Assembly (NCBI RefSeq): GCF_000009045.1
Contig: NC_000964.3
Span: 372,001-436,000, forward strand
DNA length: 64,000 nucleotides
Source of the DNA: Bacillus subtilis subsp. subtilis str. 168
Lineage (GTDB): Bacteria > Bacillota > Bacilli > Bacillales > Bacillaceae
Reading direction: 5' to 3'
Shown piece after piece: positions 40,540 to 49,744 of this stretch; position 1 is the first letter of the stretch; every line of letters begins with the position of its first letter. A program made the translations under genes and the position numbers. The notes under the pieces were generated by a model. It ran no database searches and was not told where the DNA came from. It was given only the letters and a program-made list of their open reading frames with translations.

Positions 40540-41154
40540 ATGAAAGCAGAATTCAAGCGTAAAGGAGGGGGCAAAGTGAAACTCGTTGTCGGAATGACAG
40601 GGGCAACAGGGGCCATTTTCGGGGTCAGGCTGCTGCAGTGGCTGAAGGCCGCCGGAGTGGAAACCCATCTCGTTGTGTCTCCTTGGGCAAACGTCACGAT
40701 CAAACACGAAACAGGCTATACGTTACAAGAAGTAGAACAACTGGCCACATACACTTACTCACATAAGGATCAGGCGGCAGCCATTTCAAGCGGGTCGTTT
40801 GATACCGATGGAATGATTGTTGCGCCGTGCAGCATGAAATCTCTCGCAAGCATTCGCACAGGAATGGCGGATAATCTGCTGACACGTGCGGCGGATGTCA
40901 TGCTCAAGGAGAGAAAAAAACTCGTCCTCTTAACGAGAGAGACGCCTTTGAACCAAATTCATCTCGAAAATATGCTAGCGCTTACGAAAATGGGCACCAT
41001 CATTCTTCCTCCGATGCCGGCATTTTATAATCGGCCGAGAAGCTTAGAGGAAATGGTTGACCATATTGTTTTTAGAACGTTGGACCAATTCGGCATTCGG
41101 CTTCCTGAAGCGAAGCGCTGGAATGGGATTGAAAAACAAAAAGGAGGAGCTTGA
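40540..41154 (+). CDS. bsdB: UbiX-family flavin prenyltransferase (true start may be GTG 40576)
   Basis: GMTGATG, APCSMKSLA and RETPL UbiX motifs. Confidence 0.93.
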   Translation: MKAEFKRKGGGKVKLVVGMTGATGAIFGVRLLQWLKAAGVETHLVVSPWANVTIKHETGYTLQEVEQLATYTYSHKDQAAAISSGSFDTDGMIVAPCSMKSLASIRTGMADNLLTRAADVMLKERKKLVLLTRETPLNQIHLENMLALTKMGTIILPPMPAFYNRPRSLEEMVDHIVFRTLDQFGIRLPEAKRWNGIEKQKGGA

Positions 41155-41156
41155 TC

Positions 41157-42578
41157 ATGGCTTATCAAGATTTCAGAGAATTTCTCGCTGCCCTTGAAAA
41201 AGAAGGACAGCTGCTTACAGTGAATGAAGAGGTAAAGCCGGAACCGGATTTAGGGGCCTCCGCACGGGCAGCCAGCAATCTTGGCGATAAAAGCCCTGCG
41301 CTCTTATTTAACAACATTTACGGCTATCATAACGCGCGAATTGCGATGAATGTCATCGGCTCTTGGCCAAACCATGCCATGATGCTGGGCATGCCGAAAG
41401 ACACACCGGTAAAAGAACAGTTTTTTGAATTCGCAAAGCGTTATGACCAGTTTCCGATGCCGGTCAAACGTGAGGAAACAGCGCCATTTCATGAAAATGA
41501 AATCACAGAAGATATCAATTTGTTCGATATACTGCCTCTTTTCAGAATTAACCAGGGTGATGGAGGCTACTATTTAGACAAAGCATGTGTCATTTCCCGT
41601 GATCTTGAGGACCCTGACAACTTCGGCAAACAAAATGTCGGCATTTACAGAATGCAAGTCAAAGGAAAAGACCGCCTTGGCATTCAGCCTGTCCCGCAGC
41701 ACGATATTGCAATCCATCTGCGCCAAGCTGAAGAACGCGGCATCAACCTTCCGGTCACTATTGCGCTCGGCTGTGAGCCGGTCATTACAACGGCGGCATC
41801 GACTCCGCTTCTCTATGATCAATCAGAATACGAAATGGCAGGTGCGATTCAAGGCGAACCATATCGCATCGTCAAATCAAAGCTGTCTGATCTTGATGTT
41901 CCGTGGGGCGCTGAAGTGGTGCTTGAAGGTGAGATTATTGCCGGAGAGCGCGAATATGAAGGGCCGTTCGGTGAATTCACAGGCCATTATTCCGGCGGAC
42001 GCAGCATGCCGATTATCAAAATTAAACGCGTCTATCACAGAAACAATCCGATCTTTGAACATTTATACTTAGGCATGCCTTGGACAGAATGCGATTACAT
42101 GATCGGCATTAACACATGCGTGCCGCTTTATCAGCAGTTAAAAGAAGCGTATCCGAACGAAATTGTGGCAGTGAACGCCATGTACACACACGGTTTAATC
42201 GCGATTGTTTCCACAAAAACCCGCTATGGCGGATTTGCGAAAGCGGTCGGCATGCGCGCACTCACAACGCCGCACGGACTCGGCTACTGCAAAATGGTCA
42301 TAGTCGTTGATGAGGATGTCGATCCATTCAACCTTCCGCAGGTCATGTGGGCGCTTTCGACCAAAATGCATCCGAAACATGATGCGGTCATCATTCCGGA
42401 CTTATCTGTCCTGCCGCTTGATCCGGGATCCAATCCATCAGGAATCACTCACAAAATGATTCTCGACGCCACTACACCGGTTGCGCCGGAAACAAGAGGC
42501 CATTATTCACAGCCGCTTGATTCTCCGCTAACAACGAAAGAATGGGAACAAAAACTAATGGACTTAATGAATAAATAA
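41157..42578 (+). CDS. bsdC: UbiD-family prFMN-dependent phenolic acid decarboxylase (473 aa)
   Basis: NVGIYRMQ and EGPFGEFTGHY UbiD motifs. Confidence 0.95.
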   Translation: MAYQDFREFLAALEKEGQLLTVNEEVKPEPDLGASARAASNLGDKSPALLFNNIYGYHNARIAMNVIGSWPNHAMMLGMPKDTPVKEQFFEFAKRYDQFPMPVKREETAPFHENEITEDINLFDILPLFRINQGDGGYYLDKACVISRDLEDPDNFGKQNVGIYRMQVKGKDRLGIQPVPQHDIAIHLRQAEERGINLPVTIALGCEPVITTAASTPLLYDQSEYEMAGAIQGEPYRIVKSKLSDLDVPWGAEVVLEGEIIAGEREYEGPFGEFTGHYSGGRSMPIIKIKRVYHRNNPIFEHLYLGMPWTECDYMIGINTCVPLYQQLKEAYPNEIVAVNAMYTHGLIAIVSTKTRYGGFAKAVGMRALTTPHGLGYCKMVIVVDEDVDPFNLPQVMWALSTKMHPKHDAVIIPDLSVLPLDPGSNPSGITHKMILDATTPVAPETRGHYSQPLDSPLTTKEWEQKLMDLMNK

Positions 42579-42594
42579 GGAAAGGATGTTCGAA

Positions 42595-42822
42595 ATGCAT
42601 ACATGTCCTCGATGCGACTCAAAAAAGGGAGAAGTCATGAGCAAATCGCCTGTAGAAGGCGCATGGGAAGTTTATCAGTGCCAAACATGCTTTTTTACAT
42701 GGAGATCCTGTGAACCGGAAAGCATTACAAATCCCGAAAAATACAATCCAGCGTTTAAAATTGATCCAAAGGAAACAGAAACAGCAATTGAAGTTCCGGC
42801 GGTGCCGGAACGAAAGGCTTGA
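42595..42822 (+). CDS. bsdD: Small decarboxylase subunit D (75 aa)
   Basis: MHTCPRC...CQTCFFTWRS, VdcD/BsdD family. Confidence 0.9.
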   Translation: MHTCPRCDSKKGEVMSKSPVEGAWEVYQCQTCFFTWRSCEPESITNPEKYNPAFKIDPKETETAIEVPAVPERKA

Positions 42823-43283
42823 TCCGCGTGAACTGTATGTCAGACCGTCTCTTTGAGCTGCTTGACGGGAGCTGCCTGAATGAGAAGCAGCATGAGGCCT
42901 TCGTTCTGCAAACAGTATCAGAGGATGGCTGGCCGCATGCCGCTATGATCAGTGCAGGTGAAATCATCGCGCTGAGCCGAACTGATATCCGAATCGCTCT
43001 GTGGAAAAACACAATGACTTCGGCCAACATCCTTCGCACAGGAAAAGCACAGTTCACGGCGTGGTGGAAGGGAGCGGCCTATTATGTAAAGCTTGAATGC
43101 GCGCCTTTACCGCCTTTGAAAGATGCCGAATATGAAAGAGACCGTTTTTCCTGCCGCATCGTTTCAGTGAAAGAGGACGTTGCGAAATACGCTGATTTGA
43201 CTTCAGGTGTCCGTATACAGCTTCACAGCCCTGAAGAGGTGCTGAGCAGATGGAAAAAGACCCTGGAAGATTTAAAACGGTAA
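42819..43283 (+). CDS. yclD: Putative flavin-binding split-barrel (PNPOx-like) protein
   Basis: LQTVSEDGWPHAAMIS...ALWKNTMTSANI pattern resembles PNPOx-like proteins; overlaps the bsdD stop (TTGA). An in-frame GTG at 42828 is an alternative start. Confidence 0.8.
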   Translation: MIRVNCMSDRLFELLDGSCLNEKQHEAFVLQTVSEDGWPHAAMISAGEIIALSRTDIRIALWKNTMTSANILRTGKAQFTAWWKGAAYYVKLECAPLPPLKDAEYERDRFSCRIVSVKEDVAKYADLTSGVRIQLHSPEEVLSRWKKTLEDLKR

Positions 43284-43290
43284 TATCGAT

Positions 43291-43319
43291 AGCCTGACGC
43301 CATGCGTCAGGCTTTTTTT
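43291..43319 (+). terminator. Terminator of bsdBCD-yclD
   Basis: AGCCTGACGC-CAT-GCGTCAGGCT plus a T run. Confidence 0.88.
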
Positions 43320-43349
43320 ATATAATGAAAACAAAAGGGGGCGTGAGAA

Positions 43350-44195
43350 ATGGAACGTGCGGGGATCTGTCACTCGGACGGCTTTGATTTAGCTTATCGA
43401 ATTGAGGGCGAGGGCGCACCCATCCTTGTGATCGGGAGTGCGGTTTACTATCCGCGCCTTTTTTCCTCAGATATCAAACAGAAATATCAATGGGTCTTTG
43501 TCGACCATAGGGGATTTGCTAAGCCTAAGCGGGAGCTTCGTGCGGAGGATTCGAGGCTTGATGCTGTCTTGGCTGATATCGAAAGGATGAGAACATTTCT
43601 TCAGCTTGAGGATGTTACTATCCTGGGACATTCCGGGCACGCTTTTATGGCTTTAGAGTATGCCAGGACATATCCCAAACAAGTTCGGAAGGTGGCGCTC
43701 TTTAATACTGCGCCTGATAACAGTGAAGAAAGACAGCGAAAAAGCGAATCATTTTTCATGGAAACAGCCAGTCTTGAGAGAAAGAAACGCTTTGAAAAAG
43801 ACATCGAGAATTTGCCGCAGGACATCGACAAAGATCCTGAAAGGCGCTTTGTGCACATGTGTATTCGCGCTGAAGCGAAAAGCTTTTATCAAGAGCGGCC
43901 GCATGCTGCTGCCTTATGGGACGGTGTATTCACGAATATGCCGATCATTGATGAATTATGGGGCAATACATTTGCCCGGATTGATCTTCTTCAGCGGTTA
44001 GCTGATGTTCGTATGCCGGTGTATATCGGATTAGGGAGATATGATTATTTGGTTGCGCCCGTTTCGCTATGGGATGCTGTTGACGGTTTATATCCCCATG
44101 TTGATAAGGTTATTTTTGAAAAGAGCGGCCATCAGCCGATGCTGGAAGAACCGGAAGCCTTTGATCAAAGCTTCAGGAAATGGCTTGATCAATAA
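43350..44195 (+). CDS. yclE: Alpha/beta hydrolase of unknown substrate
   Basis: GHSGH nucleophile elbow, GRYD acid and SGHQP His. Confidence 0.88.
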   Translation: MERAGICHSDGFDLAYRIEGEGAPILVIGSAVYYPRLFSSDIKQKYQWVFVDHRGFAKPKRELRAEDSRLDAVLADIERMRTFLQLEDVTILGHSGHAFMALEYARTYPKQVRKVALFNTAPDNSEERQRKSESFFMETASLERKKRFEKDIENLPQDIDKDPERRFVHMCIRAEAKSFYQERPHAAALWDGVFTNMPIIDELWGNTFARIDLLQRLADVRMPVYIGLGRYDYLVAPVSLWDAVDGLYPHVDKVIFEKSGHQPMLEEPEAFDQSFRKWLDQ

Positions 44196-44230
44196 AAAAC
44201 AGCCCGCAGATCAACATCCGCGGGCTGTTT
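44194..44230. terminator. Bidirectional terminator yclE/dtpT
   Basis: AAACAGCCCGC...GCGGGCTGTTT stem. Confidence 0.8.
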
Positions 44231-44234
44231 CTGA

Positions 44235-45713
44235 TTATAAGACCCCTTTCATCGCGCGTTTGATCACCGGCGAGAGCAGCAGGAGAATGCCGCCAAGAAC
44301 GATAGAAATCAAACCGATGGTGCCGAAGTACATTGTTTCAGGAATTTTATCAAACAATCCGGCTACTTGGGCATTGATCGCTTGGGCTGCTGCGTTCGTC
44401 AGAAACCACATACTCATTGTCTGTGCAGAGAAGGCAGCTGGTGCCAGTTTCGTTGTCACGGATAAACCGACTGGAGACAGGCACAGCTCTCCAAGCACGA
44501 CAAGCAGGAAGCTGAGAACGAGCCAAAGCGGGCTTACGAGTGCTTCTTTTCCTTGCATAGCAGGGAATACCATAATGATAAATGACAATCCGGCTAAAAT
44601 AATTCCGATTGAGAATTTAACTGGTGTAGACGGCTGACGTTTGCCAAGCTTCATCCAGAGCCATGCGAATATTGGCGCAAAAATGACAACAAACAATGGA
44701 TTTAATGATTGGAACCATGATGACTGAAGTTCGAATCCGCCCAATGAAAGTCTTATGCGTTCATCAGCGTATACCGCAAGAATGGTCGCTCCCTGTTCCT
44801 GAATGGCCCAGAACATGACAGCACCGATAAACAAAGGAACGTAAGCGGCAAGACGGGATTTTTCTGTTTTGTCCGCTTTTTTGCTTGTAAACATGATGAT
44901 GAAATAAATCACAGGAATCAAAATACCGAGAATACTTACAAGGTCAATGAAACGTTTGATCGTCAGCACGCCTGTTTGTACAGAGATAATCACTGCGATC
45001 GCCACAATGATAACACCGATTCCGGTGCCAATTGCAGATTTTTTAGACAGCGGATTCGGCACATTGGAACCTGCAAGCCCGAGGTTTTTCTTTCTTGTCA
45101 AAGCAAATACGATAAGTCCGAGAAGCATTCCGACCGCGGCAGCTCCGAATCCGAGATGATAGTTGTACTTCTGTCCGAGTGTTCCGACAATTAACGGCGC
45201 GAGTAAACCACCGAGGTTAATCCCCATGTAGAAAATACTGAAACCTGAGTCGCGGCGCGGGTCTTCTTTCGTGTAAAGATCCCCAACTACGCTTGAAACG
45301 TTTGGTTTTAATAAGCCTGTTCCGACAATGATAAGCACCATACTGATATAGAATGCTATCGAACTGCCCGGATAGGCGAGTGCAATGTGGCCGAACATAA
45401 TGAATATGCCGCCGTAAAACACGGTGTTTGCGGTACCGAATACCCGGTCAGCGAGCCATCCGCCAATAATGGTGGACATGTATACGAGTGATCCGTAAAT
45501 CGACATAATGGCAACCGCAGTGCCCTTGTCAAAGCCGAGCCCTCCGTTTACCGTCTCTGTATACAAATAGTAAAGTAAGATTGCTCTCATTCCATAGTAA
45601 GAGAAACGCTCCCAAAATTCGGTGAAAAATAGTGTAAATAGTCCTCGCGGGTGACCAAAGAACCCTTTTTGCGGGACGCTTTTAATGATACTTTCGTTAT
45701 CAATCGAAGCCAT
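44235..45713 (-). CDS. dtpT: POT/PTR-family di/tripeptide-H+ symporter (492 aa)
   Basis: EFWERFSYYGM, FYMGINLG and ELCLSPVG POT motifs; start set at MASID by SD spacing. Confidence 0.93.
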   Translation of the reverse strand: MASIDNESIIKSVPQKGFFGHPRGLFTLFFTEFWERFSYYGMRAILLYYLYTETVNGGLGFDKGTAVAIMSIYGSLVYMSTIIGGWLADRVFGTANTVFYGGIFIMFGHIALAYPGSSIAFYISMVLIIVGTGLLKPNVSSVVGDLYTKEDPRRDSGFSIFYMGINLGGLLAPLIVGTLGQKYNYHLGFGAAAVGMLLGLIVFALTRKKNLGLAGSNVPNPLSKKSAIGTGIGVIIVAIAVIISVQTGVLTIKRFIDLVSILGILIPVIYFIIMFTSKKADKTEKSRLAAYVPLFIGAVMFWAIQEQGATILAVYADERIRLSLGGFELQSSWFQSLNPLFVVIFAPIFAWLWMKLGKRQPSTPVKFSIGIILAGLSFIIMVFPAMQGKEALVSPLWLVLSFLLVVLGELCLSPVGLSVTTKLAPAAFSAQTMSMWFLTNAAAQAINAQVAGLFDKIPETMYFGTIGLISIVLGGILLLLSPVIKRAMKGVL

Positions 45714-45992
45714 GTCAGCCAAACCCTTTCTAAAAAAAGTGTATTATAAAAATCATATTCTTATATAATACTTGTGTCAATATAATTTATACTCATTTCA
45801 AATAGTTCCATATTGGAAAAATTATAAATACCTAAAAATAGTGATTTCCTCCTAATTTTTAAACTTTTTATCGTGAGATTTTCTTACACAACTATTCCTT
45901 TATATTTTTTTAATAAAATTTTAGAGAAATGTACAAGCAGATCGGGCCTTTGTGAGTAACATGATAGTAATCATAGAGAAGGAGGCTCGCAA

Positions 45993-47747
45993 TTGGCTGA
46001 ATTCATATTAAATGCAGCGGATTTCGGTGTTCCTAGAGATGGTAAAACGGATTCGACAGAACGGATTAATCAGTGCCTCAGTACAGCTGTTTCGAAAGGC
46101 TATCATACTGTCTGGTTTCCAAAGGGAACATATTTAATAGACGCAACGCTTGGCGGAGATCTTAATCAGAGGTTTCGAAACGCGGGGATCATTGTTCCCG
46201 GCAACCTTGAGATTATGATGGACCCCGAATGTATCATGAAAGTGATACCGAATAGTTCGTGGGGTTATTCCGCATTTTATGTAGGCAAGCAAGAGAATAT
46301 AACTATTTCCGGAGGACAAATTATCGGCGAACGGGATGAGCATACGTATGCCTCGGCGGGGATAAGGTCAACCCATGAATGGGGCTTTGGCATATGTATT
46401 GAAGGATGCTCGAATGTTGTCATTGATGATGTGAAAATTTCCGATTTTACCGGCGATGGGATCATAGTCAGCCCAAGGGGATTAAAGACCAATCAAGATT
46501 ATCGAACGTCAGAGCAAATTATCATCCGCCGCTGTGAGGTTCGGCGGTCGAGGAGAAATAACATTTCCATTACCGGATGTGACATGGTCACGGTGGAGGA
46601 ATGCTTGATTGAAGATGCCGGAACGGGGAATGGAACAGCGCCGAAATTCGGAATTGACATTGAAGGATATGGCGAAGGTGACGTTGATTATGAGGAACCG
46701 ATTAATGTATCAATTCGCAATAACCACTTTGTTGGAAACGTTTCAAGTTCTGTGACCAATTTTAACGGGTATGGCATTTTAATAGAAGGAAATCACTCAG
46801 ACAATACAATCAGCTACGGATATGGGACGCAAACAGTGATCAAGGGCAATATTCTGAGACGCCCTGAAGACGCGGCGGCTGCGCCAAGAGTCGGGATAAC
46901 CGGACTCGGTGTATCACAAGGAAAAGAGACCAGTGATGCAGTGATCGCTGGCAACCTCATTACCGGATTTTCAACTGGAATTGATGTCAGGGGAAAGAGC
47001 GTTCTTGTGACGAACAACAAAATCAGCAACTTTGAAAACACAGGGATATTGGTTTATCAGTCCTCCGACGTAAAGGTAGACGGAAACCAAATTCAAAACG
47101 GACTGTCTGAAACAAGGCGCAGCATCGGTCTTCGCGCAGTGCTGTCAGATGACATCGCATTTCTGAATAACTGTCTCATTCAAGTCGTTGACGGTGTGAA
47201 CGTTTCCGGCGGAAATATGATCATTAAAGATAATCTCCTGAGAAAATTCAGCCGGGGCATTTGGATTGCTCAAGGGAACGCGGTGATTGAAGGGAATACA
47301 CTGAATCCTGACGCGTTTGAAGCAGTGCCGGAATCATATTCTGTTTCCGTCACAAACAATGCCGGCGCCATCATCAAAAACAATACATTTAAAGAGTTCA
47401 AAAATTACCCCATTTATTGCTCCACAAGTGCAAAAACCTCAATTATCGGCAACCACTTAGAGCGATCCCCGCTTTTGGTCACCATCTATATCAGCGCAGG
47501 TGTGCATGAGATTTTTGATAATACCATTTCAGTCAACAGAACAGCCGGGAATCCGATTGTGATTTATCTCAATGGCTCTGCAGGCTCTATCATCTCTGGA
47601 AACACCATCAATAACCTCTCCGCGGGCACTGCGACAGCTATTCAAACAAACACGTCAACCAATTCCAAAATCATCGGCAACCGCATTTTTAAAGGGACCA
47701 TCAACAAACACAGCAGTGATACAATAGACGGCAATATGATTGTCTGA
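45993..47747 (+). CDS. yclG: Right-handed parallel beta-helix (pectin-lyase-like) protein, no signal peptide
   Basis: N-terminal DFGVPRDGKTDST...FPKGTYLI motif and repeated I-x-G-N rungs. Confidence 0.85.
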   Translation: MAEFILNAADFGVPRDGKTDSTERINQCLSTAVSKGYHTVWFPKGTYLIDATLGGDLNQRFRNAGIIVPGNLEIMMDPECIMKVIPNSSWGYSAFYVGKQENITISGGQIIGERDEHTYASAGIRSTHEWGFGICIEGCSNVVIDDVKISDFTGDGIIVSPRGLKTNQDYRTSEQIIIRRCEVRRSRRNNISITGCDMVTVEECLIEDAGTGNGTAPKFGIDIEGYGEGDVDYEEPINVSIRNNHFVGNVSSSVTNFNGYGILIEGNHSDNTISYGYGTQTVIKGNILRRPEDAAAAPRVGITGLGVSQGKETSDAVIAGNLITGFSTGIDVRGKSVLVTNNKISNFENTGILVYQSSDVKVDGNQIQNGLSETRRSIGLRAVLSDDIAFLNNCLIQVVDGVNVSGGNMIIKDNLLRKFSRGIWIAQGNAVIEGNTLNPDAFEAVPESYSVSVTNNAGAIIKNNTFKEFKNYPIYCSTSAKTSIIGNHLERSPLLVTIYISAGVHEIFDNTISVNRTAGNPIVIYLNGSAGSIISGNTINNLSAGTATAIQTNTSTNSKIIGNRIFKGTINKHSSDTIDGNMIV

Positions 47748-47762
47748 AAAAAGCGCCCCCCT

Positions 47763-47984
47763 TTAGGGGTTCTTTTTTTTCGATTTATAGATCACGTACA
47801 TTTCTCTCACAAGTACTAACACAAAAAATAAAAGCACGACCCATTCCGCAAATGTTGTCATCTTAAAGCTGGACATATTGTTATAAACGGCTTTTGTTAA
47901 ACTGAACCCTTGAAGCATGTCCATCAACACAGAAATAGCTAATAAACAAATTAATATGAATCCGGTCACGCCCAATATCTTCAT
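47763..47984 (-). CDS. yczF: Small two-TM protein of unknown function
   Basis: 73 aa hydrophobic; SD GGAGG upstream. Confidence 0.8.
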   Translation of the reverse strand: MKILGVTGFILICLLAISVLMDMLQGFSLTKAVYNNMSSFKMTTFAEWVVLLFFVLVLVREMYVIYKSKKKNP

Positions 47985-48004
47985 GCTTCATCATCCTCCG
48001 CTTT

Positions 48005-48034
48005 TAGTGTCTATCTTTGGCGGAGAAGTTATAC
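48005..48034 (-). promoter_or_regulatory. Forespore (SigG/SigF-like) promoter candidate for yczF
   Basis: GTATA-N18-GACACTA. Confidence 0.45.
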
Positions 48035-48050
48035 CGCATCTAACCCTAAT

Positions 48051-48079
48051 GCATAATCTCAATTTTAAAAGGAAGAATA
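48051..48079 (+). promoter_or_regulatory. SigG-like promoter of gerK
   Basis: GCATA-N17-AAGAATA; ger receptor operons are SigG targets. Confidence 0.55.
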
Positions 48080-48109
48080 TGAGAAAACGACAAGGAAAGG
48101 TATTTGTGT

Positions 48110-49744
48110 ATGCCTTTATTTTCTAAGCGAAAGAACAATACCGATTCAAAAGACAAGCAGAATACAGACGAAAGGAATCAGGAACAGCAGCAAGAAAAAG
48201 AAAGGCCGGTTCTCATTTCTCCAAGTTTAGCAAAGAATATAGCGGAAACGAAAAAGGAAGTCGGAAGCAGCTCTGACGTCATCATTCGCGAGATTAAAAT
48301 CGGGGAGCAGGATCATGTCCACCTAGCTGTTATCTATATTTCTGGGCTGGTCGATAATAACACGATCCATGAGTCGTTAATTGACCCATTGGTACAGGAT
48401 GAGTCTATCCAGAATACTCATGCGATCCAGCAAATTCTTGAAAAAACGCTCCCGCTGGGCGGGGTGAAAGCGGAAAAGAGCTGGGACAAGCTTTTTTCCG
48501 AGTTAATGCTTGGCAATGCGCTCATTTTTGCTGATGGCCATGATGAAGCTTTGATTTGCAGCACTCAAGGGGGAGAGCAGCGCTCCATCCAAGAGCCGAG
48601 CACCCAGGTGTCATTCCGCGGCCCGCGCCAAGGGTTTACAGAGTCTCTGCAAACCAATATTTCCATGATCCGGCGATACATTAAAAATCCGAATTTATGG
48701 GTTGAAAAAATGAAAAAAGGTTCTGTTACGAATACGGATATCGCTCTCATGTACATTCAAGGAATATGTGATGAAAAGGTGCTGAAGGAAGTGAAACAGC
48801 GCCTGGAAAAAATAGATATTGACAGTATTTTGGAATCTGGATATATTGAGCAGCTGATTGAAGATGAAACCTTTACGACGTTTCCGACTATGTATCATAC
48901 AGAACGCCCTGATGTTGTAGCGGGTAATCTGTTAGAAGGAAGATTCGCGATTATTGTGGACGGAACACCGTTTGTGCTTATTGCCCCAGCCTTATTTGTC
49001 CAGTTTTTTCAGTCTGTTGAGGATTATTATTCGCGTTTTGACATTGCGACAAGCATAAGAATTCTTCGTGTTTTAGTCTTTTTCATTTCGCTTGTGGCAC
49101 CAGCTGTATACGTGGCAGCCACGACGTTTCATCAAGAAATGATACCGACTCAGCTGTTAGTGGTCATTGCGGCCCAGCGGGAAATTGTCCCGTTTCCGGC
49201 TGTTGTGGAGGCGCTGACGATGGAGGTTGCTTTTGAGATTCTGAGGGAAGCGGGAGTCAGGCTGCCCCGGGTTGTCGGCTCGGCAGTGTCAATCGTAGGC
49301 GCGCTCGTAATCGGCCAGGCTGCCGTACAGGCTGGTATCGTCTCTCCGGCAATGGTGATTATCGTGGCACTCACCGCGATTGCGAGCTTCGCAACACCGG
49401 CGTTTGCAATGGCGATTTCAGCCCGGCTTATTCGGTTTATCTTTATTATTGCCTCAGCTGTTATGGGTTTTTACGGGCTGATTTTAGGGATCATTATGAT
49501 GTTTGTCCACTTATGCAGTCTTCGTTCATTCGGCGTTCCATATATGTCGCCGCTTGCACCTTTTTCTTCACAAGGCGTAAAGGACGCGCTTTTCCGGGTT
49601 CCGTGGTGGGCCGATGAAAAAAGGCCGGAATCGGTCAGCAAGGAAGATAAGGTGCGGCAGGGGAAAGATCAACGCCCAGAGCCGGCCGCTTCACGAGGAA
49701 TGGTGAACAAAGATTTGGAAGAAGGGGATCAGAATGGTACGTAA
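48110..49744 (+). CDS. gerKA: Germinant receptor subunit A (544 aa)
   Basis: GerA family motifs (RGPRQGFTESL, EILREAGVRLP, PFGVPY-like); start set at ATG 48110. Confidence 0.95.
   Translation: MPLFSKRKNNTDSKDKQNTDERNQEQQQEKERPVLISPSLAKNIAETKKEVGSSSDVIIREIKIGEQDHVHLAVIYISGLVDNNTIHESLIDPLVQDESIQNTHAIQQILEKTLPLGGVKAEKSWDKLFSELMLGNALIFADGHDEALICSTQGGEQRSIQEPSTQVSFRGPRQGFTESLQTNISMIRRYIKNPNLWVEKMKKGSVTNTDIALMYIQGICDEKVLKEVKQRLEKIDIDSILESGYIEQLIEDETFTTFPTMYHTERPDVVAGNLLEGRFAIIVDGTPFVLIAPALFVQFFQSVEDYYSRFDIATSIRILRVLVFFISLVAPAVYVAATTFHQEMIPTQLLVVIAAQREIVPFPAVVEALTMEVAFEILREAGVRLPRVVGSAVSIVGALVIGQAAVQAGIVSPAMVIIVALTAIASFATPAFAMAISARLIRFIFIIASAVMGFYGLILGIIMMFVHLCSLRSFGVPYMSPLAPFSSQGVKDALFRVPWWADEKRPESVSKEDKVRQGKDQRPEPAASRGMVNKDLEEGDQNGT

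Noticed and set aside
44041-44637. 198-aa minus... plus-strand ORF spanning the yclE end and antisense to dtpT
   Set aside because: It crosses a bidirectional terminator and lacks an SD; shadow of dtpT
45723-47984. Prophage remnant around yclG
   Set aside because: No integrase, structural genes or att-like repeats; neighbours are core genes
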